Source: Mobula birostris (Eukaryota). From it: a stretch of DNA of 64,000 nt. The notes below the pieces were generated by a model, which was given only the letters and a program-made list of their open reading frames with translations, did no database searches and was not told the origin of the DNA. Shown here piece after piece: positions 11,950 through 24,554 of the stretch (position 1 is the first letter of the stretch; the number at the start of each line of letters is the position of its first letter). The stretch lies in assembly GCF_030028105.1 (NCBI RefSeq), contig NC_092384.1:17367629-17431628 (forward strand). The letters run 5' to 3'. Both the position numbers and the translations under genes were made by a program.

Positions 11950-13690
11950 CATCTCCAGTTCCCTATACGACCTCTTTTTCTCTGAAGCAGTGATTCCCAC
12001 AAGTGGGGACTGTTACGTGTCCTAAGAGAGCTTATGGGGAAAATAAAAGCCGTCGGGTGAGGGGTTCATGATTATTGGCGGGAGGGGGGGGGGGCGGGGG
12101 GGCGGGGGGGCGTGGGGAACGGGTGGGTGGGTGGGTGTTAGGCGGCACTCCAACTTGAGGCACGAGAGCTGACCGACCGTTAGAGCAGACATTTCGCAAT
12201 GAAAGGATGAGGCCCTGGAGCACAGGAAATACCATCGCACTGCAGGTAGTGAACAGTCGTCCTCACAACGCTTCTGAAACTTAGCAATCTAATCCAAACT
12301 TACCAATCAAACAGATATTATTTAGAATGCAGAGATTAGCAACTACGATCCCCTTGACTCGCATATGGAGAGAGATCATACAACTTAATAGTTGGTAAGC
12401 CAAGTACACCCTCACAACTTTCTCTACTGATGTGCGGATAACAGATCGCGCAATGATGCAACGCTTGACTGCAACCAAACGGTGAATTGCAGTCAATTAG
12501 TGAACCTACCAACCCTGAAGATTTGTTTTACTGGTGTCAGCGTGTTGTAGATATGTGTTGCACTATGGGAGCTCCGGTATGCATACTATGTCTAAGAGGC
12601 GCGTTGGCAAGTTTGAAGGTATATTAATGGGGCGTTGGCAAGCATGAAATTGTTTTTTTGGTGGGGGGGGGTTAGGCTCAAATGCCTTGGAAACACTGGT
12701 CTAGAGTGGCATTAAACAGCTGCAGTAGAACAACAATCAGCTGCCTGAAAAGTCGGAGGATACGTTCTGAATTGATTAAATTTTGGTATCCTTACAGCTT
12801 TCATTGTGCTGTCCAGTTAAAGTGGCAAAATCGTTGAGGGCCAATGTAAGAAAGGTACTGAGGTAGAACATTGAATGCCTCACAGGCAGAAGTCCTACTT
12901 GCAAACTGGCTGGCCACATGCTCTCGAAGGCAAGCTGTTAAAGTGTAACTATAGTATGAAGTGCAGGGGAGATAGCTTCATGTACAATCAGGGTAACTGA
13001 GAGAATGACAGGAATTGCTATTAGCAATGTAGGAAATGTGTGTAATCGACAGAACTGGATCGGAAGGAGGTTAAAAAGGAGCTGACGAAAGAGTGAACCA
13101 GGATTCTCTAGAAGGAATTAATTCACACAACATTTTGAATTATTGTGTCATTATGTTGAAATTGTTGAACAATTAGCACAGAAACTGAATGATATTTATC
13201 CTGACTCTAAGTCAAATCCAAGTTACGTGTGTATTTAAATCGCATATTTGGCCCGTGTTATTTTAAAATGATAATGCTGATTCTTGCATTAATACTGTTA
13301 ATTACAGTAAATTGCATATTAACCGAGTATACATTCGCTTTGTTTGCAAAGATATTTTTTTTGTTTCCTTCATAGTTTTCAGTTGTGCATTCCATCCAGG
13401 AGATCCATAGAGTTTTCAGTTCAGACTTTCATGAATATGGGTGAAAAACCTGCATTTATGTCATGTGCCACCAGCACAATTTTGTAACTCTGTAAGGCAT
13501 GTGTATTTGTGCAATGCTAGTATTGCGTCTTTCATTGCGTTGTTCTTATTGAATGCAGGACATCATGTAATTTTATCGTTCTGGCAAAATCTGTTTTTGC
13601 AGGCCATATCTCGATAAGCGTACTCCAACGGTTTCTGAAAGCACTTGGATTTGAAAGGAACTACGTGTTTGTGAATATAATCCATAAAAA
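11950..13690 (+). repeat. Left arm of an old inverted duplication (right arm ~19200-22010)
   Basis: 12706-13560 matches the reverse complement of ~19250-20050. The hAT remnant and its flank are shared. Confidence 0.85.
11988..12698 (+). mobile_element. Internally deleted hAT-Charlie DNA transposon
   Basis: TIRs CAGTGATTCCCA...TTGGAAACACTG. Right flank GTCTAGAG fits the Charlie NTCTAGAN target; left flank ctctgaag is a diverged match. Confidence 0.75.
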
Positions 13691-13712
13691 TTATAAACGA
13701 ACAACAACTTTC

Positions 13713-16700
13713 TGTCATAAGAGGGCATTGGAAGCAGACCCAAATGCAAGACGCAGACACTAAAGTACTAGGAACAAGACTTGGTTTATCGAGATAGCAA
13801 GGTAAGTAAGGAAGAAACGACGCTGGACGCAAGACTTGGACGAGACTAGGATTCAGGGTCTGGGCTAGGACTTGACTAGAAGCACGTGACCCGTACGGGG
13901 AACAAGGAGCCTGGGACAACTGGGACCACGGAATTCCGGAACAAGAGCCTGGACAAGGTTCAACAAGAAAGCAAGAGGAGTCAGGAAGAAACGACGCTGG
14001 ACATGGACACAGGCCCTAGACGAGACAAGAACACCGGACCTGGGCTAGGACTAAGACTAAGAAAGCGGGACCGGAACAAGGAACTTTAAACTATGAGCCT
14101 GGGCTGGGACTCCGAGCAAGACACTGGACAGGTCCCGTAACATGGGTCTTGATTCGAGCTCGGACCCCGGATTAAGGCGAGAACAGGATGCGGCCAGGCT
14201 ACAGGACTAGACTTAGCTAGGCTTCAGCACTGGACATGGAACTCCTGCACAAGACGAGGCTCTTGGATTCTCCAGCACTGGACTAGGCGAGGTACTCCTC
14301 GGCTGATGAGGTACTACTGGGATGGGAGTTGTACTCCAGGGCAGGACGCTGGCTCTTGGACTAGGTGTGGCTCGGCTCTTGGACTCGGCTTGGTTAGGCT
14401 CTTGGGTGCGGAGCCGAGGCTCCTCCGTGGAGCGCAGGGCCTGGACACTTTCTAGTACGCAGGGCCGGGACCCTTTCTAGGATAGAAGGCCAGAATGTCT
14501 GCCGACGTAAACTGCCGAGGATTCGATTGGGGACGATACAGCACAGGACGAGGAATGTCCAGCACAGATCGAGGAATCTCCAGCACCAGGCTGGGCGAGG
14601 AACTCCTGGACTGGAAGAGGCCACGAAGCCTTGACTTGGACAGGGCTGGAACACGGCGTCTGGAACATGGAACACAGCTACACAGACACAGAGCTCGGAC
14701 CCCTCCTTAGGAACAGGACCTAGGGTCGGGACTCTTCTTTGACACGGACACTAAACACGGGGACGAAAGAGATAGTTCCACACTCAACGATAGATAGTTC
14801 CTTATCTTGGCCAGGCAAGGCTCCGGTCTTACTCCGGCGGTTGAACTTGCCAAGGATGCAGGCGAGTCTTCAGAAGGAATGAAAAGGGAACAGTCCAGCA
14901 GGGAATGCTCGGTTTGAGAGGTATTTATTTGCCAGCCCAAAACAAAAATCAGGTGTCTCTTTTAATGCACCCAATGGAACAACGGAAAACAGGAAAACCT
15001 GGAGTAAGGAATCGACGGACCAGACCGTGAACCGGAATGATGATTTCACGGATAGGATCATGATAGTGTCCCCTACTCTATGGGAGACTCCTGGCGAGCT
15101 AACAGGCATTCCTGGACTAAGGACGACCCGGGCAGGTGTTGGGGGGGGGGGGTGGTGCGGGTATCAAACAACAGGGAACGCAGGATGGCAAGAGTTGAAC
15201 GACAGTGTCTGCGTCGCTAGGTCCATGAGGGGCTGGACTGTTCTGTCATAAGAGGGCGTTGGCAGCGGACCCAAATGCAAGACACGGACACTGAACTACT
15301 AGGAACAGGACTACGTTTATCGAGATAGCAAGGTCAGTAAAGAAGAAACGACGCTGGCTGTTGACACAGGCCTTGGACGAGAATAGGATTCAGGGCCTGG
15401 GCTAGGACTTGGACTGGAAACATGGGACCCGGACGGGGAACTAGGAACGAGGAGCCTGGAGTAGGAACATGGAACTTCGGAACCTGAGTCTGGACAAGGT
15501 TTATCAAGAAAGCAGGAGGTGTCAGGAAGAAACGACGCTGGACATTGACACAAGCCCTGAACAAGAAAAGGACACAGGGCGTGGGCTACGACTAAGACTA
15601 GCAAAGCAGGACTAGGAAAAGGAACTTGGAACTAGGAGCCTGGGCTCGAGCTCCGTGCCAGAGACTGGAAAGGTACCCGAAACCTGGGTGTTGACTCGGG
15701 CTCGGACTCCAGATCTAGGCGAGTACAAGACGTGGTTAGGCTACAGGACTGGACGTAGCTTGGCTACAGGACTGGACGTGGAACTCCTGTACAGGAAGAG
15801 GCACCTGGACAGGACGAGAACACAAAGATCGACTTGGACAGGATGATGTTTTTGGACGTGGCTTGGACTAGACGAGGTTCTTGGAGGTGTCTTGGATTAG
15901 ACGAGGTTTTTGGACGTGGCCTGGACTAGACAAGGTTCTTGGACGTGGCTTGGACTAGACGAGTTTACTGTACGTGGCTTGGACTATGGACTCCTGGACT
16001 GGACGCTGACTCCTGGACTGGACGAGAGAACTCCGGCACAGGACGAGGAACTCCAGCACAGGACGAAGGAACTCCAGCACAGTACGAGAAATATCCAGCA
16101 CAGGGCGAGGATTCTCCAGCACTGGGCTGGACGAGGTACTCCTGGGCTGGGCGAGGTAGTCCAGGGCAGGACGTGGCTCTTGGACTAGAATTGGCTCGGC
16201 CCTTGATTCGGTTTGATTAGGCTCTTGGGTCCAGAGCCGGGACTCCTGCATGGAGCGCAGGGCCGGGAAACTTTCTAGGACGAACGGCCGGAATACTTTC
16301 GCAGGGCCGGGACCCTTTCTTGGAAGCAGGGCAGGGACCATTTCTAGGACAGAAAACCAGAATAACTCCCGAGGTAAACTGTCGAGGGTTCGGAAGGCGA
16401 CGATCCAGCCCAGGACGAGGAATCCCCTGCGCCGGTCTGGGCGAGGAACTCCTGGAATAGAGGAAGAACATGGACTGGAAGAGACTTTGAAGTCTTGACT
16501 TGGAGAGAACTGGAACACGGCGCCTGGAACTCGGAACACAGGAACACAGAGCACAGAGCCGGGTCCCTCCTTGGGAACCGGACCTAGGGCCGAGCCTCTT
16601 CTTTGACCGGGACACTAAATACGGGGACAGAAAAAAGATAGTTACAAACTCGGCGATAGATGGTTTCTTATCTTAGCGTGGCAAAGCTCGGGTCTCACTC

Positions 16701-18776
16701 CAGCGGTTGAAATTGACAAGGATGCAGGCGAAGCTTCAGAAGGAAGCGGAAGCCAACAGTCAAGCAGGGAATCCTTGGTTTGAGAGGTATGTATGTGCCA
16801 GCCCAAAATGAGAATTAGTTGCCTCAGTCAAGGCACCCTATGGAACAAGGTAAAACTGGAAAACCCGGAATAAGGAATCACCGGACCGGACCGGGACCTG
16901 AATGCGAATTTACGAACCGGACCATGAGAGTACCCCCTACTCTATGGGAGCCTCCTGGCGACCTAACAGGCTTTCCTGGACTAAGAACGACCCTGGCAAG
17001 TGGGGGGCGGGGAGTATTCAACAGGAGGGAACCCAGGATGGCGAGAGTTATACTACAGTCCCTGCGTCGCTGGGTCCAAGTACGGCTGGACTGTTTTGTC
17101 ATAAGAGGGCGTTGGGAGCGGACCCAAAGACAACACACAGACACCGAAGTACTGTGAATAGTTCTACGTTGATCGAGATACCAAGGTAAGTAAGGAAGAA
17201 TCGACGCTGGACGTTGACACAGGCCTTGGGAGACACTAGGATTCAGGGCCTGGGCTAGGACTTGGACTAGAAACACGGGACCTGCACGGGGAACGAGGAA
17301 CGAGGAGCCTGTAGTAGGAACACAGAATTCGGGAACCTGAACCTGGACAAGGTTTATCAAAAAAGCAAGGGGAGTCAGGAAGAAATGACGCTGGACATTG
17401 ACACAGGCCCTGGACGAGAAAAGGACACGGGGCTTGGGCTACGACTAAGACTAGCAAAGTGAGACCAGGACAAGGAACTTGGAACTAGGAGCCTGGGCTC
17501 GAGCTCCGTGCCAGAGACTGGAAAGGTACCCGAAACCTGGGTCTTGACTCGGCCTCCGACCCCGGATCTAGGCGAGGACAAGACGTGGCTACAGGACTGG
17601 ACGTGGCTAGGCTATAGGACTGGACGTGGACTGGGCACATGGACAGGACACGAACACAAAGCTTTGACTTCGGCAGGATGAGGTTCTTGGACGTGGCTTG
17701 GACTAGACGAGGTTCTTGAACGTGGATTGCACTAGACGAGGAACTTGGAGGAGTCATGGACTAGTCAAGATTCTTGGACGTGGCTTGGGCTAGGGGCCCT
17801 TGGACTGGACGAGAGACTCCTGGACTTGACGAGAGACTCCTGGACTGGACGAAAAATTCCTGAACTGGACGAGAGACCTCCAGCACAGGATGAGGGAACG
17901 GCAGCACAGGACGAGGGAACTCAACCACAGGACGAGGGATCTCCAGAACAGGACGAGGAATTTCCAGCATTGGGCTGGACGAGATATTCCTGGGCTGGGC
18001 TAGGTACTCCAGGACAGGACGAGGTACTCTAGGGAAGGACTTGGCTCTTGGACTAGGTTTGGCTCGGCTCTTGGACTCGGCTTGGTTAGCCTCTTGTGTA
18101 CGGAGCCGGAAATCCTCCCTGGAGCGCAGGGCCAGAACAATTTCTAGGACGCAAGGCCGGGACCCTTACGAGGACACAAGGCCAGGATGACTGCCGAGGT
18201 AAAGTGCCGGGGATTTGGATGGGGACGATCCTGCACAGGACGAGGAATCTCCCGCAGAGGACGAGGAATTTCCAGCACCGGACTGGGCGAGGAACTCCTG
18301 GGCTGGGCGACGAACTCATAGACTGGAAGAGGCCACGAAGCCTTGACATGGACAGGACTAGAGAACGGCGCCTGGAACTTGGAACACAGGAACACAGAAA
18401 ACAGAGTCAGGACCCTCCTTGGTAACAGGACCAAGGGCCGAGACTGTTCTTTGACACAGACACTAAACACGGGGACACAACGAGATAGTTCCAAACTCAA
18501 CGATAGATAGCTCCTTATCTTGACGTGGCAAGACTCCGGTCTCACTCCGGCGGTTGAACTTGACAAGGATGCGGGCGAGGCTTCATAAGGAAGGGTAAGG
18601 AAACAGTCCAGCAGGGAATTCTTGGTTTGAGGGGTAATTATGTGCCAGCCCAAAACGAAAATTAGGTGCCTCAATTAAGGCACCCAAAGGAACAACTGAA
18701 ACAGGAAAACCCGGAATAACGCATCGACGGAGCAGACCCTGAACCGGAATGCGGACTATACGAACCGGACAAGAAC
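13713..18776 (-). mobile_element. Tandem non-autonomous Gypsy-type array LTR-int-LTR-int-LTR
   Basis: LTRs at 13713-15065, 15244-16929 and 17097-~18776. Internal spacers 15066-15243 and 16930-17096 each carry a PBS-like 12-mer, a gag-start-like (A/T)TGGACC(T/C)AGCG and PPT agagtagggg(g)tac. Confidence 0.85.
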
Positions 18777-18825
18777 CTCAGTTTGTATACTGTATACATT
18801 CTCTGAGATTAAAAAGAACCATTGA

Positions 18826-18960
18826 ACCAGCAAATAATAAACACAGGATATTCTGGAGATGCTGAAGTCTCGTGTAACAAACACAAAATACCGGTGGATA
18901 TATATATGCAGATGAATAAACAGCCGTGTTTTGGGTCGGGACCCTTCATAAGTCTCAGGG
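18826..18960. mobile_element. Degenerate Penelope-derived repeat
   Basis: ttctggagatgctg...cgtgttttgggtcgggacccttcataag resembles the gacgtttcgggccgagacccttcgtcag motif. Confidence 0.45.
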
Positions 18961-19199
18961 AATGGAAAGCAATGTTCCCTCTTTTTGTTTTTACAGCTGC
19001 GTGGACCAACCATTGCTCTGAACAAGAAGTTTGTACCACCTGGCCTGAAAAAGGATTATGTACGGCCTGGCGGTTTATTAATTATGAGCTACCCACGGTC
19101 ATTCTGAGTTTATTGTAACAATCTGTCGCATTATTGCAACTTGAAACTCTGAGTATGTAACTACGTTGAAGCTCTAAAATGCTTCACAGTAAGAATTAT

Positions 19200-22100
19200 A
19201 GTAGACTTATTAATTAGAGAGTTTATGGATTGTATTGACAAACACAGTGAAAAGCGAACCATTAGCTTTGCACAAATACACATGCCTTCCAGAGTCACAG
19301 GGCTGTGCTAGTGGCACATGACATGAATGGCAACCATACTCACGAGAGCCTGAAATGAAAACTCAATGGACATCCTTGTTAAAATGCACAACTGGGAAAA
19401 AAAATTGAAGGAAACAAAAGAGGTAACTTTGCAAGCAAAGCGAAGCTTTTCTCGATTATTAAGCAATTTTTGTTATTATCAGTAATAAATGCAAAGATCT
19501 GCATTATTATTTTAAAATACACATAGAAATTGACTTTGACTTTGGCCTGATACCAACAAGAGTCAGGCTAAAAATCAACCAGATTCTGTACTAATGCTTT
19601 AAACAATTTCAACATAGTGACACAATAATTCAACATTTTTGTGTGAATTAATTCTTTCTATGGAATCCTGATCCACTCTTTCATCAGCTCCTTTTTAACT
19701 TCTTTCCAATCCAACACAGCGGATCTCAAGCACTTCCTACATTGGTAACAGCAATTCATGTCTTTCTCAGTTACCCCTCTTGTTCATGAAGCTATCTTCT
19801 CTGCACCTCACACTCCAGTTACAAGTTGACAACTTGCCTTGTAGAGCACTTACCCAGCCAGTTTGCAAGCAGGACTTCTGGCTGTGTGGTATTTCAATGT
19901 TTTACCTCAGTACTTTGCCTTTATTAGCCTTCAACAATTTTGCCACTGGAACTCGGAAGCTCAATCAAAGCTGTAAGCAGCATCATGTAATAATGTCAAA
20001 CAGTTTTTCAAACGGCTGATTGTAGTTCTACGGTAACTATTTAAAGCGACTCTAGTACCCCACAACATTTTTTTTAGCCCTACCCCCTTCCAACGCACTT
20101 TCATACTTGGAAACGGCTGCTACAGCACCGCCATACTTGCTAACGCCCAGTTAAGCATAACATGCTTCCCTGCGCCCCCCACAGTGCAAACATTTCCTAA
20201 GCTAAGGTAGTAAGCTAACACAAGAAAAGTGATTCTGTTTTAAGCTTACACAGTACCTGCCCGCTGTACAGCTGCTTCAATATCAAAGGAATATTTGAGT
20301 TTGATGGGGTTTTGCAAATATTCAAATATCTGGTTGTGAAAGCAAACGCCTTAAGTTATCACGTGTAACAATGCCGAAGCGGTTTTTGTATTTTTTGCGA
20401 GTACGTATTTCGCTGCCTCTTTCAACAAAGTAGGAGAATGGAAAAGCAATGAACAACAGTTTGCCGTTTCTCCAAAGACCAGGAAACTTCGTATAACAAT
20501 ACAACGCTTTTTGCCTAGATTAAACTGAAATGTTCATCCTGAAGTTTCATATTTAGAATGTTCATTTTGCCACACAGATCGGTGAGGTGTGCCACATCTT
20601 AACGTAGAAATTCAATCTGGTTTCCCAAGCTCCTGTGAACTTTAAGTAAAAATTCAACCACAGTGTCAAATCTATCGCAGAAATGGCTGAAGCAGAACCC
20701 TCTTCACAGCCAACGCACCTCAGTGTGAAAAACAAGCATTCAAATTCTTCATCGTTATTTTGGCATCACTTGTAAAATATTCTGCGATTTCATGGCTGAG
20801 TTTTAATTTTGTTGATAGCAGATATTACAAGAATCATGCTTGGGGAAAATCGCTGGCTGAAGTTTTCGGCAACGAGATGTTGATGATAAATTACATAATA
20901 AATTGCAAACAGACTTCTAATTTATTTTTTCATAAATGCCACTAAACTATCATGGCGACCTGTCATATATGGTGCTCCGTCTTTCGTGCAAGAGATTATG
21001 TTCCTAATCGGAAAAATTTTATCATCAATATATATATTGACTTGTCATAGATTACTCTCTCTCTGTTGAGATTTACTTTTAAATTTTTACATAAGAGAAC
21101 GTTCATAGTCTTTTCCATTTTTGAGAAAACGTACAGTAGCCACTAGCAATGCCTCGATGTCTCGCTAAATTAACGATCAAACTGCCTATCGTATGATGGC
21201 GACGGCAGCGAGTTGACGCGGATGGAACCATGGTAACAGCACGCATGGAAAAATGAGGGAAAGATGAAGAACATCACTAGTGCGAAAATTACGTTTGCAA
21301 GGATTCGGATTGAAATGTGAATGTTAGTCGGGATAGAACTGGTGTTCGGCAGGCGACTTTTATACTCTAGCAGTTAGCGCGACTGATCAGTCACTTAGGG
21401 TCTCATAGTCCCCAAAGATGGTTCTTGACTGCACATATGAAGCTGAGATCGTTTCAAATACCTCAAGAGGAATCCTCGGGGTTGACAGATTCACTGATTG
21501 GCTCTATTTCAATGTTTGGTTCCGGCCAGTGTTGTATCGTTGCGCGACCTGTTTCCAGTAGATCTCCAGAGAAGGCTGAAGGGATGTACTTAACTGAGGA
21601 ACTGTTAAATTGCATGAATTCGCTCCGTGCTGCGAGTCAAAGGAAACTGTCGGCGACCCTGGTTGGTAATGTATACATCCCCAATAACGTCTGTTTGATT
21701 GGTAAGGTCGGATCAGATTGCCGAGTTTCAGACGAGTTGTGACGACGAGACCTCACCACCTGCAGAGCGATGGTTCTTCATGTGTTCCAGTGCCTCATCC
21801 TTTTATTGAGAAGTGTCTGCTCCAAACGCCCGTGCCCTCTCGTGCAGCATGTTAGGGTGCAGCTTATCGTATTCCCAGAATCTTGGAAGCCCCCCGCAGC
21901 GACTTCTAATACCCCTAACGCCCCCTTAGGACACGTAACAGTCCCTTTAGGGTGCGGGACCGCCCCCGTTGAGAATCACTGTTTTAGAGTAAAGGAGGTC
22001 GTGTTTTCATGGAGTTACTTATCAACTTCGCTGTTCCTCGGGCTATTTACCCGAATTCGTAAATATGTTGAACAATTACTGAAACAAAGGAAACAGCTTG

Positions 22101-23050
22101 ACGAATTCAATAGGTCAGGCAGAAGGTGTGAGGACAACAGGATGTCTAATGTTTTGAGTTCGAGTTTTTGGACTTAGAATGTAGAGGAGAGATGCACAAT
22201 ATATAAATGTGAAAATGAGGTGTGTGTCAAGTAATAGGGGGAAACAAATTCGTGGGATGGAGTGGTGGAGTGTTTGCAAGCCTAGAGAGAAAAGCTTGAT
22301 CCAATTTATTCATTGCAGAATCCTGCAAAACTTGTGAAAATTGTCGAGAAAAACATGATTTATTAAGATAGGTTGAAGGATACATATTGGACAGTTAATA
22401 GGTGATATCGTTATCATGCAAGAAAAAAAATATACCATGGTATCAATGCCGCTCCGCCGGTAGTGCAAATCTACATTGATTTAAGATATTTAGTGAAAGG
22501 TACCTTTCGTGTAAGCACACTTTCCCTAATTCGCCAAAACATTTTAGCCGAGATTTAGTCCTCATTTCCTGAAGTCAGATTTTCAGTTCTCTGTAAAACA
22601 AAGCGAGAAGCCAAGGTTCAAAATCATGTCTGATGCTTAGCGAATTGTTCTTCAACAAATTGACTTTTGGATGTGGAAATTATTTGGTAGTAGTGGGAGT
22701 GTTTCTAAATAGCTTGCAGCAACTCCAAGCGATAGAATTTAGTAGTACCGTCGTAACAGCGTAGTAATTAGAGATGGCGCCCTTTCCAGGCAGTGCCGAT
22801 GACAGAAAACACTTGAATGGGATAATTCATAGGGATTTACAATTTTATGTTAATCTCTGTACTGTACAAATATTTTAGAATATTGAACCCGTTATCGTTT
22901 CAATCATTATCTTATTTATCTTCTTTCTTCCATTGTCTATTCTGATCTATCACTTCGGATAAATAGAACGCAGACGTGCTTTTATATTATTATTAGAAAG
23001 CTCCCTTCATTTTTATTTTTGTGTAGGGCATTCTGTAGTGCTGGACAATA
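19200..23050 (+). repeat. Segmental duplication block D (paralog ~43250-44700; partial third copy ~40065-40270)
   Basis: Shared ggctgtgctagtggca...gcctgaaatgaaaactc (19300-19370 vs 43335-43425) and gagaagccaaggttcaaaat (~22605 vs ~44210). Confidence 0.85.
20050..21981 (-). mobile_element. Decayed hAT-Charlie transposon with transposase remnants
   Basis: TIR CAGTGATTCTCAA at 21981. Minus-strand peptides DGAPYMTGRHDSLVAF (~20980-20930) and FHTEVRWL (~20730-20710) are Charlie/ZBED5-type motifs. Confidence 0.85.
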
Positions 23051-23529
23051 ATGATAAAGGGTTAAAACGACGTTGGGGTGAGCGGAAAAAAAGAATTATC
23101 GAAAATAAGACCAGCCCTTCATACTTGTTTGCAGCATTTGTTAGCTGTTGTTCCTTTGTCAGACAGAGAAATTACAAACGGCTGGTTGTGCTTTTTAATG
23201 GGTTGGTTAAGAAATTAACAAGGAAGATATGAGTACAAAGATCCTGTCAACTAAGAATAAGATAGGACATGGTGGACCTTTACACGAATGTGCGCATGGA
23301 AGCAGTATGTACAAGGGAAGAAATCGATAAGGTTGGAGATGGGAAGTGACCTGGGTGAACAAAGTAAATGAATCATTGGCAAAGATAAATCTATCCAAGC
23401 CATCCATCTGACAGTCAAATCTTGAAGAAGCATTTGGGCAAAAGGGATCACGGGTAGATGGAAAACGAACTTATTGATACAAACAGATCAGCCACCATCT
23501 TGTAAACCGAAGAGGTTTGAGTTCAACAC

Positions 23530-24550
23530 TCTTGTTTTCAAGGGTGCACTTTTGTATTATATTTGGAATTTTCTCTGGATTGCTGGAATTGTTTAAGAAT
23601 AGGTTTCTGTTGCGTTATCAAACTGAAGATTTATTTCACTGCTGGTATTCCCTTTACCTACCAGCTAACTCACCTTCGTTAGTCCCGCACCTCATCCACC
23701 AACCACAGCAACATGAAAAGAGAATCATAGAAATCTACAGCATACTATAGCCCCTTAGGTCCACAATCTTGTGCCCACCATGTAACCTACTCCAGAAACT
23801 GGCAAGAATTTCCCTACCGCACAGCCTTCTATTTTCATAATTCTGATGAAAGACAATATTTTATGATAAACACGTGCTCACCTTGCTCTACCACACATTT
23901 AGTTGAATCAGTATTGATGCGTCAATTTGTTGACTATTGGTGAAGGAAGTGCTGGCCATACTTCAGCTTCATTTTGCTCCGCTGAGCAATTGTTAGTTGT
24001 TTATGGACGTTGATCTGTGTCTTTAGCACCATATTCTCAGCGATTACACACCTGGAAACATGACACCCACAAAGCTCTACTTTCCAACGTCTGTTTGCTT
24101 TTGATCAAATGTTAAGATTAGCATAATGTGACCATATGCTTTCTTACTCTGCTTCAATGCAGGCTAGGACAAGTACATAGGGAGGCATGGATATTCTTGC
24201 CTGTTGGCTGCGCTGAGATTTCTGTTACGTTATCACATGTAACTCCATGTGATACGGGAGTTGTATTTTACAGCTAATTATAAACCGTGAATGAACATGA
24301 AAAGCAAGAGTTTTAACTAACTGAAAAATAAAACCTTTAGGGTAAACTTTCATCATACAACCTTTACTTATCAAAATTCAAACAGAGAAGTTGCGAATGC
24401 GCTTTCTGTTTCCCTTGGTTGAACATTGACTTAATTGAGCAAAAATAGCTTTTTTTATTCGGTGGATTTCCCTGCCTAAAAAAATTCTCTCGGCGATGAT
24501 GGCGAATCTCTGAATTTTTATATTTATCATCTGAGGTCTGTGGTGCTGAA
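23530..24550 (+). repeat. Segmental duplication block E (paralogs ~48650-49150 and ~53180-53480)
   Basis: Shared tagtcccgcacct, agcaccatattct, aatgtgaccat and aaaccgtgaatg motifs in collinear order. Confidence 0.8.
23674..23712 (-). pseudogene. Paralogous 39-nt exon (G)CCGWWMRCGTNE with broken acceptor
   Basis: Strong donor GAAG|gtgagt. Acceptor reads ttttcat instead of ttttcag. Confidence 0.45.
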
Positions 24551-24554
24551 ATTA

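Noticed and set aside
22500-22830. Further exon candidates (EDEISVKNAS-like; ISNYYAVT-like) with paralogs at ~44150-44430
   Set aside because: Reading frame ambiguous and donors not conserved between copies; not supportable as features.
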